A DNA stretch of 45,883 nucleotides, from NCBI GenBank assembly GCA_965366475.1, contig CBDUFN010000001.1:1-45883 (forward strand), read 5' to 3'. The translations under genes were made by a program, and so were the position numbers. Origin of the DNA: an uncultured bacterium (GTDB lineage Bacteria > Desulfobacterota > Desulfuromonadia > Desulfuromonadales > BM103). A model generated the notes under the pieces. The model saw only the letters and a program-made list of their open reading frames with translations, did no database searches and had not been told where the DNA came from. Below are positions 1-9,149 of this stretch, one piece after another. The stretch's first letter is position 1. The number at the start of each line of letters is the position of its first letter.

Positions 1-548
1 TATGCAAAAGTGCCTACTCCTTGCGGAGGGCAATTCCTTTGGCGAGACTCCGAAACATTTATCACCTTGAATTGGAACATGAAACAATTGCCTGTTTTCC
101 AGAATTCGGGCCTCTTATAAGACCCTTTTTGTTGTGTTGTCTCTTTAGTGTCCTGACTGGCTCATCTGACTGAGTTGTCAATCAAGCGTTACAGCACCAC
201 TCTCTCTCCCATACAGCGCCGAAGAGGTCCTCAAGGGCCTCGGGGATGCCGTGGGAGGCGTAGACCACAATAAAATTTCTACCTTTGATACAGATCAGCA
301 GGACTGCTCGAGCAAGAGATGCCAAGCGCAGCGTAAGTTTTCTTTTGCATCGTTTGCTTTGTCGCTACAAAGAAAATGATGTTGCTGTCGGGCAACCCCG
401 ACGGTTTTGTTCTTTTCTTAAGAACGGTAACATTCAACAAAAAATACAAGAGATTAACGATCTGTTGCACTCAAATTACAAAGCAATAAATTGTTCACAA
501 ACAAAACCAACCCCAAAGGATTCCAGTGGAGTTTTTCAACAATCTAAC

Positions 549-582
549 AAAAATCCCCGAAAGTTATCTTTCGGGGATTTTT
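549..582. terminator. Intrinsic terminator downstream of degP
   Basis: Perfect inverted repeat AAAAATCCCCGAAAG-ttat-CTTTCGGGGATTTTT with T-tracts on both strands, 20 nt past the degP stop. Confidence 0.85.
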
Positions 583-601
583 ATCTTACTTTATGTAGAA
601 A

Positions 602-1990
602 TCATGACAAAGACACTGTGGTATAAAGCAATGCCGCCTTACGCTGAATCAACAAACGAAGAACCTTGCCGGAGGCTTTATTCTTGAGAACCTCCCTGAA
701 AGAGGTGACGTTATCAATCTCTTTACCATCAACTTCAAGGATAAGATCACCTACACGTAAATTTGCATCGGCAATAGGCCCGTCCGGATCTATACCTGTC
801 ACCAGAACACCCTCATCACCTTCAAGACTATAACGTGCCGAAAGCTCAGGGGTCACATTGGCAACAGTCAAACCGAGGGGGCTATCACTTTTATCTACCG
901 AGGTATGCTTTACTTCTCCTTCATCAAGTTTACCGATCTTGATCTTGACCTGGCGTTTTTTATCCTCGCGGAAGATCTCAACTTTAATGGTTTTATTTAC
1001 AGGTGTTGCCGCGACTAATCTTGGCAAATCATTGAGCTCTTTGATTGGCTGCCCATCGTAGCTCAATAGAACATCGCCACGTTTCAGTCCTGCCTTGGCG
1101 GCAGGAGAATCTTCGATAACCTCAGTGACCAAAGCACCATGAGGACTTTCCAGGCCAAAAGAATCGGCAAGTTCCTTGTTCATTGCCTGTACAGTGACAC
1201 CTAGCCAACCACGGGTCACGTGGCCATCATCCCGCAGTTGGGGAATAATCTGCTTGGCCATTTTAACCGGAATAGCAAAACCGATTCCCTGACCACCGGC
1301 AACAATCGCTGTATTTATACCGACAACCTCACCTTTCATATTGAACAGAGGTCCACCGGAATTTCCCGGGTTAATAGACGCGTCAGTCTGAATAAAATTA
1401 TCATAAGGACCTGCGCCGATCACACGTCCCTTGGCAGAAACGATTCCAACAGTCACGGTCTGTTCAAGGCCAAAAGGGTTACCAATTGCCATAACCCACT
1501 CTCCAACCCTGATGCTGTCACTATCGCCTAGCTTTGCAACGGGCAAATCTTCACCGGCATCAATCTTTATCAAAGCCAGATCAAGTTTCGGATCAAGGCC
1601 ACGAACTTCACCTGTAAATTCTCGTCCGTCGGAAAGCTTCACCATAATTTCATCCGCACCATCAACAACATGGTCGTTCGTCAGAATGTAGCCATCCTCG
1701 GAGATAACAAAACCGGAACCGAGGGAACGTGCCTTGCGAGTTTTTGGTCCTTCTCGAAAAAAACGCTCAAAGAAATCTTCAAAGAGCTCCTGCCCTCCCG
1801 GAGTTCTAGGACCGGAGAATGATGGAACTCGAGATTTGATCGTTTTAGCCGTGCTTATATTGACGACTGAAGGCTTAAGTTGCTCAGCCAAGGCTACAAA
1901 ATCGGTAGGCTGGGCACCGGCCGGCAGGATCCAGCAAAAGACCAGGAAGACCACCAAAACAGAAACATCAAGACGACACAACTTACTCAT
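602..1990 (-). CDS. degP: Periplasmic HtrA/DegP (Do family) serine protease with two PDZ domains
   Basis: Signal peptide; TNDHV (His), LDLAL (Asp), GNSGG (Ser) triad; two PDZ-like regions. Start moved to ATG 1990 (GGAGG 5 nt upstream). Confidence 0.95.
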   Translation of the reverse strand: MSKLCRLDVSVLVVFLVFCWILPAGAQPTDFVALAEQLKPSVVNISTAKTIKSRVPSFSGPRTPGGQELFEDFFERFFREGPKTRKARSLGSGFVISEDGYILTNDHVVDGADEIMVKLSDGREFTGEVRGLDPKLDLALIKIDAGEDLPVAKLGDSDSIRVGEWVMAIGNPFGLEQTVTVGIVSAKGRVIGAGPYDNFIQTDASINPGNSGGPLFNMKGEVVGINTAIVAGGQGIGFAIPVKMAKQIIPQLRDDGHVTRGWLGVTVQAMNKELADSFGLESPHGALVTEVIEDSPAAKAGLKRGDVLLSYDGQPIKELNDLPRLVAATPVNKTIKVEIFREDKKRQVKIKIGKLDEGEVKHTSVDKSDSPLGLTVANVTPELSARYSLEGDEGVLVTGIDPDGPIADANLRVGDLILEVDGKEIDNVTSFREVLKNKASGKVLRLLIQRKAALLYTTVSLS

Positions 1991-2046
1991 AATTTCCTCC
2001 ATACTGAAAAGATGAAACCAATATTCATCAGAGAAACGTAGATGCG

Positions 2047-2083
2047 ATTACACAAATGTAATAACCACAAAGCGGAGTGTCAA
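2047..2083 (-). promoter_or_regulatory. sigma70-type degP promoter with overlapping ATTACA-N4-TGTAAT palindrome
   Basis: Minus strand TTGACA (2083-2078), 17-nt spacer, TACATT (2060-2055); palindrome ATTACACAAATGTAAT at 2047-2062. Confidence 0.6.
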
Positions 2084-2103
2084 TTGTCTGGTTAAAAGAA
2101 AAA

Positions 2104-2142
2104 CGATTTACGGCCGACCACATTGTGGCCGGCCGTAAATCG
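2104..2142 (-). terminator. Intrinsic terminator after the sensor kinase
   Basis: Long stem CGATTTACGGCCG...CGGCCGTAAATCG followed on the minus strand by TTTTTCTTTT. Confidence 0.8.
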
Positions 2143-2166
2143 AGCGCTAGAAACCTTCATATCTTC

Positions 2167-3633
2167 TTAATCAAGAATAGTTGAGAGAGGATGCTTACCT
2201 TCTTCCGGGCCATCTATCGGCAGGCGTACAGAAAAGGAACTGCCCTTTTTAACTTCCGAGGTCACGACAATGCCTCCACCATGGGCCTCAGCAATCCACT
2301 TAACAATAGCCAAACCAAGACCGGTTCCTCCGTCCATGCGATTTCGAGCTTTGTCAACGCGGTAGAAGCGATCAAAGATATGCCCCAAATGTTCTTCAGG
2401 GATACCAATACCAAAGTCATTAATCTCAACCACGGCAAAACCATCAACCATTTTCAAACCGATCTCCAGACGACCATTCTCCGGGGTATATTTGATCCCA
2501 TTAGAAATCAAATTAAGAAACAGCTGTCTCAAGCGAAGCTCATCACCACGAATGCGTATTTCTTGTTCAACCTCAAGAATCAGTTCCACCTCAATCTGCT
2601 TGGTCTCACAAAGGATCTGACTCTGCAGGTAAAGCTCCTGCACCAAATCACTTAAGCTAAGCTCCTTCATCTCAAGGGTCAGTTCGCCAACCTCACTTTT
2701 TGCAAGTGTCAGCAAGCTTTCAATGATTCGCTCCATGCGATCGATTTCTTCCATATTGGAGCTCAGCATATCGCGGAATTCTTCCGGAGTCTTGGCCCAG
2801 CGAAGAGTTACTTCCGTTTCACCTCGTAGAATCGTCAGCGGTGTGCGCAACTCATGTGAGGCATCACCTGAGAACTGGCGCACGCGGCGAAATGATTTAT
2901 CGAGACGATCAAGCATCTGATTAAGACAGGCGACCATTCGAGCCAATTCATCCTGATGATTTCCCAAAGGTAATCGTCGAGACAAATTGTCAGCAGTTAT
3001 ACCCTGTGCAGCCTCGGTCACTTCAATGATCGGAGCAATCGTTCTTTCCGCCAACAACCAACAACCAAGGCAAAGCCAGAAGATTGCAAAGGGCCCAACG
3101 ACCAGATAGATCAGACGCAGTTCCTCGATTGTTTCCTGCAGGGGACCAAGTTCCTGGGCCACCTGAACAACACCCTGGAGACGCGAATCGTGAACGAGAG
3201 GATAAGAGAGTAAACGGACCGTTTTACCAGTACTCAGCTCAACGGTTTCCAAATGTTCATCTAACCAACGCACCTGCTGACGAGCGACCGGACCAAACGG
3301 AAGTTCCCGCTCCATCAAGTTGTCCGACGAGCAGACCTTTTGCAGACTGGCATCGCGCACCAGAAGGTAGGCTCCCCAGTTATTACTGTGGGTCAATCCT
3401 TCCATTTCGCTGCAGTCTCGAGGACCCACGTTTTCATGAATCATTTCGGAATGATGCTGATTCATGGTGGTCGCAATATTACGAATCTGGCGATCGACCT
3501 GTTCACGGAGATTGTGTGAGAAATAGTGATACGAAAAAAGAGCACTGACCGCCAGAATGACGGCCAGTGTCATAGCGTACCAAAAGGTCAAACGAACCCG
3601 AATCGACCCTAAGAGCGAAGCAGACAAACTCAA
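2167..3633 (-). CDS. HAMP-domain sensor histidine kinase (CusS/CzcS-like)
   Basis: Two TM segments, HAMP, H-box ASHELRTP, N-box NLISNGIKY, G-boxes DFGIGI and GGTGLGL. Confidence 0.93.
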   Translation of the reverse strand: MSLSASLLGSIRVRLTFWYAMTLAVILAVSALFSYHYFSHNLREQVDRQIRNIATTMNQHHSEMIHENVGPRDCSEMEGLTHSNNWGAYLLVRDASLQKVCSSDNLMERELPFGPVARQQVRWLDEHLETVELSTGKTVRLLSYPLVHDSRLQGVVQVAQELGPLQETIEELRLIYLVVGPFAIFWLCLGCWLLAERTIAPIIEVTEAAQGITADNLSRRLPLGNHQDELARMVACLNQMLDRLDKSFRRVRQFSGDASHELRTPLTILRGETEVTLRWAKTPEEFRDMLSSNMEEIDRMERIIESLLTLAKSEVGELTLEMKELSLSDLVQELYLQSQILCETKQIEVELILEVEQEIRIRGDELRLRQLFLNLISNGIKYTPENGRLEIGLKMVDGFAVVEINDFGIGIPEEHLGHIFDRFYRVDKARNRMDGGTGLGLAIVKWIAEAHGGGIVVTSEVKKGSSFSVRLPIDGPEEGKHPLSTILD

Positions 3634-4301
3634 TCCTCCTTGAGGACGTAGCCTATACCACGAACTGTATGGATCAGTTTTTTGGCATAATCACGGTCAA
3701 CCTTTTTACGTAAGTAGTTAACGTAAACATCGATTATGTTGGTAAACGAATCAAACGTGTAGTCCCAAACATGCTCAGCGATCATGGTCCGGGTCAAAGT
3801 TGTTTCAGGATTGCGCATGAAAAACTCCAACAGCGCGTATTCTTTGGCAGTCAGGTCAATTTCCGACTCACCTCTCCAAACCTTGTGAGCAACAGGATCA
3901 AGTCTCAAGTCAGCGAAAGTGATTTCTGCACCACGCTCAGAAGTTCCGCGACGAACCAGAGCACGAACACGAGCCAGAAGTTCAGCGAACGCAAAGGGCT
4001 TGGTTAAGTAATCATCACTCCCTGAATCAAGACCAGAGACGATATCTTCTACGGTATCCTTGGCCGTTAGACAGAGAACCGGGCTTTCGACCCCTTTCTC
4101 TCGCAACGCCTTGATTGCCTCTAAACCATCCATCTTAGGCAGCATGATATCCATGAGAATCAAGTCATAATTATTTTGTGCACCGATTTCAACACCTGAC
4201 TCGCCATCATTGGCAATATCAACGGAAAAGCCTTCGCCTTCGAGACCACGCTGAATAAAACTAGCAACTTTTTTTTCATCTTCAACAACTAAAATACGCA
4301 T
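3630..4301 (-). CDS. OmpR-family (CusR/CzcR-like) DNA-binding response regulator
   Basis: MRILVVEDE, LILMDIMLP (phospho-Asp), DDYLTKPF, C-terminal IHTVRGIGY; stop overlaps the kinase start. Confidence 0.95.
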   Translation of the reverse strand: MRILVVEDEKKVASFIQRGLEGEGFSVDIANDGESGVEIGAQNNYDLILMDIMLPKMDGLEAIKALREKGVESPVLCLTAKDTVEDIVSGLDSGSDDYLTKPFAFAELLARVRALVRRGTSERGAEITFADLRLDPVAHKVWRGESEIDLTAKEYALLEFFMRNPETTLTRTMIAEHVWDYTFDSFTNIIDVYVNYLRKKVDRDYAKKLIHTVRGIGYVLKED

Positions 4302-4405
4302 TGTAATTCTCCTTTGTTTCTTATTCTTTTATTTCCAGTTTACAAACAATTTCTGTATCAGCACTTCGATGAATTATATAAATAGAGCGTTTAGCTTTGA
4401 ATTTT

Positions 4406-5212
4406 TCACTTCAGACCTAAACGGACTAAAACTTCGTTAGCAGTTTCCTCAACGGCCTTGCTCGAAACATCGATAACGGCCCAGGGATGCCCCCTGAAAA
4501 ACTTCTTGGCATGCTTCAATTCTTCTTCGATCTCCTCGTAATCGGCATAAGCAGCCCTGGGATCCTGCCCCAAGTTACGTAACCGCGCGGCACGAACTTC
4601 AACCAATCGCTGAGGATCTATAACAAGGGCTGCAATTCTCTTTGGATCAAGCTCGAAAAGTTCCTTGGGTGGATCAATTCCTTTAACCAAAGGAACATTC
4701 GCAACCTTCCAACCGCGATGAGCCAAGTAAATCGAAAGAGGCGTCTTACTTGTTCTTGAGATACCGACCAAAACAATATCAGCCTGATAAAGGTTTCTTG
4801 GTTCCTGGCCGTCATCCTGTTTGACCGTAAATTCAATCGCTTCAATGCGCCGAAAGTAAGCCTCGTCAACGCCATGCAGAAGCCCTGGTGTTTCTTTGGG
4901 GGAACGACCGAGGCAGTGAGCGACCTTCATTAACAACGGTGTTAACAAATCAATACTGATCAACCCCAGGCCATCACATTCGTCGTGCACAAGTTGCGCT
5001 AAATCTCGATTAACGATTGTATAAACGACAAGGGCACCATGACTCAAGGCTTCATCAAGGGCTTCATAAACCTGGTTCTTGGTGCGAACATTATTGACAC
5101 GTGTCAACCGAACAGGCTTATCACGAAATTGAGTGAGGGCAGCCAAAACCATTTTCTCTGCCGTTTCACCAGTTGCGTCAGAGAGCAAATAAATAGCTTG
5201 GGTAGTAGACAT
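4406..5212 (-). CDS. Pyruvate,phosphate dikinase / PEP synthase regulatory protein (DUF299 kinase-pyrophosphorylase)
   Basis: [19 protein letters not shown] and P-loop GISRTSKTP motifs. Confidence 0.93.
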   Translation of the reverse strand: MSTTQAIYLLSDATGETAEKMVLAALTQFRDKPVRLTRVNNVRTKNQVYEALDEALSHGALVVYTIVNRDLAQLVHDECDGLGLISIDLLTPLLMKVAHCLGRSPKETPGLLHGVDEAYFRRIEAIEFTVKQDDGQEPRNLYQADIVLVGISRTSKTPLSIYLAHRGWKVANVPLVKGIDPPKELFELDPKRIAALVIDPQRLVEVRAARLRNLGQDPRAAYADYEEIEEELKHAKKFFRGHPWAVIDVSSKAVEETANEVLVRLGLK

Positions 5213-5463
5213 CACAAATCCTCATGAAAATGCCAATGAATTCTAGCAGATTCTAATGAAAAATCAAGCACCAAAGAATGCAGCTTATTGGGCTTTATAA
5301 AGGTAAATCAGCAACTTCCAGACGACGAGAACTTACCATATGTTTTATTTTATAACACGTACAACATGTCTCTCATTAGCCTAGAGCCTATTATTTCAGA
5401 GCGTTCCTATCCAGGTCAAGAATTTCTATTGCAATAGCCCAAAAACTTCGTTAAACAACATCA

Positions 5464-6381
5464 ATGACAAATAAATGGCTAGAAATACGCCTCACCTTAC
5501 CGGACAACGCCGTTGACATCGCCTCTCAGGCGTTAATGGATCTTGGCTGCACCGGTGTGACCGCGGCAGAAAAAACTCTCGATACGTTTATCGTCCCTGC
5601 TCCAGAAGCCCTCACCAATGATCCGGTTCTAAAAGCGTACTTTCATTACCCTGACAACGTACAAATCCTTTGCTGCCAGATACAAGAAGCCCTTTCTTCC
5701 CTGGCAGGGATATACCCCGAGCTTGCAGACGTCACCCTGGATCACCGAGAACTGGCTGACCACGACTGGGAAAGCGATTGGAAACAGCACTTTCCGCCTT
5801 TCAAGGTAGGAAATCGTCTGGTTATTCATCCCTCTTGGATCGACTGGCAAGCGGAGGCAGATGAGGTCGTCCTCACCCTGGACCCAGGGCAGGCTTTTGG
5901 TACCGGCACTCACGCTACGACAAGTCTCTGCCTGGAAGCTCTCGTTGAGCATTTTGAAAGTAGCTTGCCACCACAGAAGATCCTCGATGTCGGCACAGGT
6001 TCAGGAATTCTGGCCATGGCAGGTGCAGCTTTAGGCTCAAAAGAGGTTATCGCATGCGACATCGACAGTGACGCCTGCAAAGTTGCAACCGAGAATGTTG
6101 AGCAGAACGAACTCAGCAAATCAGTCACAATTACCGACAAACCTCTCGATAAAATTTCGGGGCAATTCGACCTGGTTCTGGCAAACATTCTGGCGGGGGA
6201 GAATATTCGCCTGGCAGAACTTTTGGTAGAGCGCCTCGCACCTCAAGGGCGGTTGGCTCTCTCTGGAATTCTCATCGAGCAGGAGGAGGAAGTCATTGAA
6301 GGTTTTTCTGGCTTCCCGCTTAAACAACTCTCAACATCACACAAGGACGAGTGGACCTGCATCGTCTACCAGCGCCTATGA
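5464..6381 (+). CDS. prmA: Ribosomal protein L11 methyltransferase
   Basis: LDPGQAFGTGTHATT, LDVGTGSGIL, ANILA and LSGIL motifs. Confidence 0.95.
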   Translation: MTNKWLEIRLTLPDNAVDIASQALMDLGCTGVTAAEKTLDTFIVPAPEALTNDPVLKAYFHYPDNVQILCCQIQEALSSLAGIYPELADVTLDHRELADHDWESDWKQHFPPFKVGNRLVIHPSWIDWQAEADEVVLTLDPGQAFGTGTHATTSLCLEALVEHFESSLPPQKILDVGTGSGILAMAGAALGSKEVIACDIDSDACKVATENVEQNELSKSVTITDKPLDKISGQFDLVLANILAGENIRLAELLVERLAPQGRLALSGILIEQEEEVIEGFSGFPLKQLSTSHKDEWTCIVYQRL

Positions 6382-7160
6382 GCACTCTAGCTCGCTTTTT
6401 CGTCCCTGCCGACAGTCTGCAAGAGGATCAAATCGTCATCACAGGTGAGCCTTACCATCATCTTCACAAAGTACTGCGTATCAAAGCGGGGACTAACATC
6501 CTCCTACTCAGCGGTAGCGGTCATTGCTGCGAAGTACAAATTGAACAACTTCATTCTGACCATGCAACCACACGAGTGATTCGAAAGTGGCAGGAAACAG
6601 ACACAACGCTGTCGATCACCTTGCTCCAGGCCCTACCTAAAGGAGACAAATTCGACCTGGTATTACAAAAAGGCACAGAACTGGGCGTAAGTATTTTTCA
6701 ACCGCTAGAAACAGAACATGCCATTCCGAACCTGAATTCAGCTCGGCGGAGTAAGCGAGAACAACGCTGGCACCGAATCGCCAGCGAAGCAGCCCGACAG
6801 AGCCAGCGAGTCTTCCTGCCTGAGGTGAAATCTCTGCAAAAACTGACAACGATCATTGAGGAACCAAGCAACGACCTCAAACTGGTCTTGTGGGAAGCCG
6901 GGTCAGTGGCCTTGGCAGAGGCCTTACCTAAAAAGCCTCCCACAGGAGTTCGCATCCTCATTGGTCCGGAAGGTGGATTTTCCAGTACAGAAATAAAAAA
7001 AATAACGGCAGCAGGCTTTAAACCAGTACATCTTGGCCCACGAATTCTACGTACCGAAACTGCAGGCTTGGCAGCAACCCCCATTTTGCAGTATCTTTAC
7101 GGTGACTGGCAACAGGCTCCAGCCGGAAGCAATCAAAATCAGCACAAGGAGAACCCATGA
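6378..7160 (+). CDS. rsmE: 16S rRNA m3U1498 methyltransferase
   Basis: HHLHKVLR, KGTELG, EAARQS, IGPEGG, LGPRILRTETA; ATG 6378 overlaps the prmA stop (ATGA). Confidence 0.95.
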   Translation: MSTLARFFVPADSLQEDQIVITGEPYHHLHKVLRIKAGTNILLLSGSGHCCEVQIEQLHSDHATTRVIRKWQETDTTLSITLLQALPKGDKFDLVLQKGTELGVSIFQPLETEHAIPNLNSARRSKREQRWHRIASEAARQSQRVFLPEVKSLQKLTTIIEEPSNDLKLVLWEAGSVALAEALPKKPPTGVRILIGPEGGFSSTEIKKITAAGFKPVHLGPRILRTETAGLAATPILQYLYGDWQQAPAGSNQNQHKENP

Positions 7161-7552
7161 AGTGTCCAAAATGCGGGTATCACAGCTTTGACCATCTCGA
7201 CAGTTGCAAGAAATGCAACCATGACCTAGCTGAGCATAAGGCAAAATTCAGTTTAAGCGGCTTCTTTTCCCCCGGGAAAGTAGAAACCGTTACTGAGCCG
7301 GAGCCTGTCGTTGACGACAGTGCTGAAGAGATTGAAGAATCTAATGACGGCTCTGTCGACTTCGGCTTCGACTTTCTAGAAGAAGGAGACCAGGTCGGAG
7401 GCTCAACAGCAGACATCCCACTTGGTAATGACGGTCAGGATGTTAACATTGACCAGCCCTTCGGTGCCGACAGCGAGACGATCCCTGCGGACACCCTCGA
7501 ATCTGATGACGATGACGACAAGCCGGGAAAAGGTCCTGAATTCGCGTTTTAA
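7157..7552 (+). CDS. Hypothetical protein: N-terminal zinc ribbon plus acidic low-complexity tail
   Basis: CPKC-x10-CKKC; D/E-rich remainder; AAGGAG SD; overlaps the rsmE stop. Confidence 0.8.
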   Translation: MKCPKCGYHSFDHLDSCKKCNHDLAEHKAKFSLSGFFSPGKVETVTEPEPVVDDSAEEIEESNDGSVDFGFDFLEEGDQVGGSTADIPLGNDGQDVNIDQPFGADSETIPADTLESDDDDDKPGKGPEFAF

Positions 7553-7574
7553 TCGTTAAAAAAACAACTTGAAC

Positions 7575-7619
7575 AAAACAGCCTCGCCTCTTTCAACATG
7601 AAAGAAGCGAGGCTGTTTT
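7575..7619. terminator. Bidirectional intrinsic terminator
   Basis: AAAACAGCCTCGC...GCGAGGCTGTTTT between convergent genes. Confidence 0.85.
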
Positions 7620-7642
7620 ACGTTAGACTCACACCATAAAGC

Positions 7643-8266
7643 TCACCCCATGCGCAACCGGATAAAGCTCTGCAGGTCTGGACACCTCATATATTCGTTA
7701 TGCTCGCGTTCAAAACCAATCGTAGAATGTGGCTTTGGGCCATAATCATGTCCTGGGAAAACCTGAGTTTCAAGGGGATATGCCGCCAGACGCAAGATAC
7801 TTTTGTAAAGTGCCTCCGGGTCACTACCGGGAAAATCGGCACGACCACAACGGGTCACAAAAAGAGTGTCGCCAGTAATCAATGCACCCGGCGGATTAAA
7901 CACCATCCCTCCGGGGGTGTGACCGGGTGTATGCAAGACATCAACGGTGAGAGAACCAATTTGCAACCGACTCCCATCACCTAAAGGGATTTCTGCACCA
8001 GGAACATCAATCGGATTGGCAGCAAGCTTCGCCCCCGTCTCTCTGAGGACCTCACCATTGCCAGCGACATGATCGCCATGCCCATGCGTATTTGCCAATA
8101 TGTCCAACGTCAGTTCTCGTTCGCGAACAACGCTCAACAAGCTTTCAGGTGAGATTCCAGGATCGACACCGAGAGCCTTACCACTTTGCGAACAAATGAT
8201 GAGGTAAGAGAAATTATCAGAGCCGGCAACCGGGATCTGAATGATTTCCGGAATTACTTCAACCAC
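7643..8266 (-). CDS. MBL-fold metallo-hydrolase (glyoxalase II-like)
   Basis: THGHGDH, TPGHT, TGDTLF and PGHDY motifs. Confidence 0.92.
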   Translation of the reverse strand: MVEVIPEIIQIPVAGSDNFSYLIICSQSGKALGVDPGISPESLLSVVRERELTLDILANTHGHGDHVAGNGEVLRETGAKLAANPIDVPGAEIPLGDGSRLQIGSLTVDVLHTPGHTPGGMVFNPPGALITGDTLFVTRCGRADFPGSDPEALYKSILRLAAYPLETQVFPGHDYGPKPHSTIGFEREHNEYMRCPDLQSFIRLRMG

Positions 8267-8478
8267 TCTTCCCCCGCATATGGCGTATTGCCGACCTTAC
8301 AGACTTCGCCATCAATAATTTTAAATTGATCACCAGTTTTCTTCACGTGCCACTCATCGCCTTCTTCGGGAGGAAGAGGAAACTCACGACTGCCAAGGTA
8401 AACATCTTCGTTATCTAGGATGGCCCACCAGTCGAGAGCTCCGTTTTGCCAGATACGCGTTTTCAGATCAAACGCCAT
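8254..8478 (-). CDS. Small hypothetical protein (74 aa)
   Basis: Strong AAGGAG SD, protein-like composition, overlaps the start of the downstream MBL gene. Confidence 0.75.
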   Translation of the reverse strand: MAFDLKTRIWQNGALDWWAILDNEDVYLGSREFPLPPEEGDEWHVKKTGDQFKIIDGEVCKVGNTPYAGEEWLK

Positions 8479-8619
8479 AAATTATCTCCTTCGTCGGTTA
8501 AAAAATTACAAACCATCTAAATACAAATGGTTTTCCCATTATGGCCTTGCGATCTTTCTGTGGCAACCCCTGAAAGGATGAAAACTGTCATCACAGAGGA
8601 CCAAAAACAATTCAGACCG

Positions 8620-9015
8620 CTAATCATTAAGAGGATCCTCCCCTGTCTGCCAGGACGGCAGCACTCGATCACTCAACTGGAAATCCGGACCATCATGTTC
8701 AGTATAGACAATATAGATATGCTCCTGCGGCAGACCCCATGAAGCGGTGATCTCCGCCATAATAGCAAGAGCCAGCTTACGTTTCTGGTCAGCTGTCCGT
8801 CCAAGCCTTATGTCTGCATTAAGAAAGGCAATCTGGCCATCATCACCAGCACGACCAAAAACCAGATCTTCCGGATGGTAACATCGAAAAGTGATGCCGA
8901 TATGATCCGTACCAGTACTCATAATCTTCGAGAAGTGACCACGAACAGCATCAGCAAAAGCAGATTTTTCTTCACGAACAGGGGTCAAGTTAAGTTCAAA
9001 CTGCAAATGTGGCAT
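8620..9015 (-). CDS. Tautomerase superfamily protein (Pro-1)
   Basis: Start at ATG 9015 (GGAGG SD) gives M-PHLQ; two beta-alpha-beta-like units (EEKSAFADAV, GRTADQKRKLA). Confidence 0.75.
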   Translation of the reverse strand: MPHLQFELNLTPVREEKSAFADAVRGHFSKIMSTGTDHIGITFRCYHPEDLVFGRAGDDGQIAFLNADIRLGRTADQKRKLALAIMAEITASWGLPQEHIYIVYTEHDGPDFQLSDRVLPSWQTGEDPLND

Positions 9016-9149
9016 AGACTCCTCCGTCAAAGGTTAAATTATAAGTAAGATTAGCAGAGAAGAAGAGATCGGCAATGGAAGGTTGTGGAGGAAAACCTTT
9101 CCCCCTATAATGAATCTTTAAACGTCTCCATTCTTTTATGAGGGTAGCT

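Noticed and set aside
200-260. Glycine riboswitch, suggested by GCGCCGAAGAG
   Set aside because: The upstream GGAGA and downstream CTCTCAGG elements are not in the required arrangement
279-626. ORFs 279-470 (-) and 285-626 (+)
   Set aside because: No recognisable motifs or SD; the + ORF runs through a terminator into degP; the region looks like AT-rich regulatory DNA
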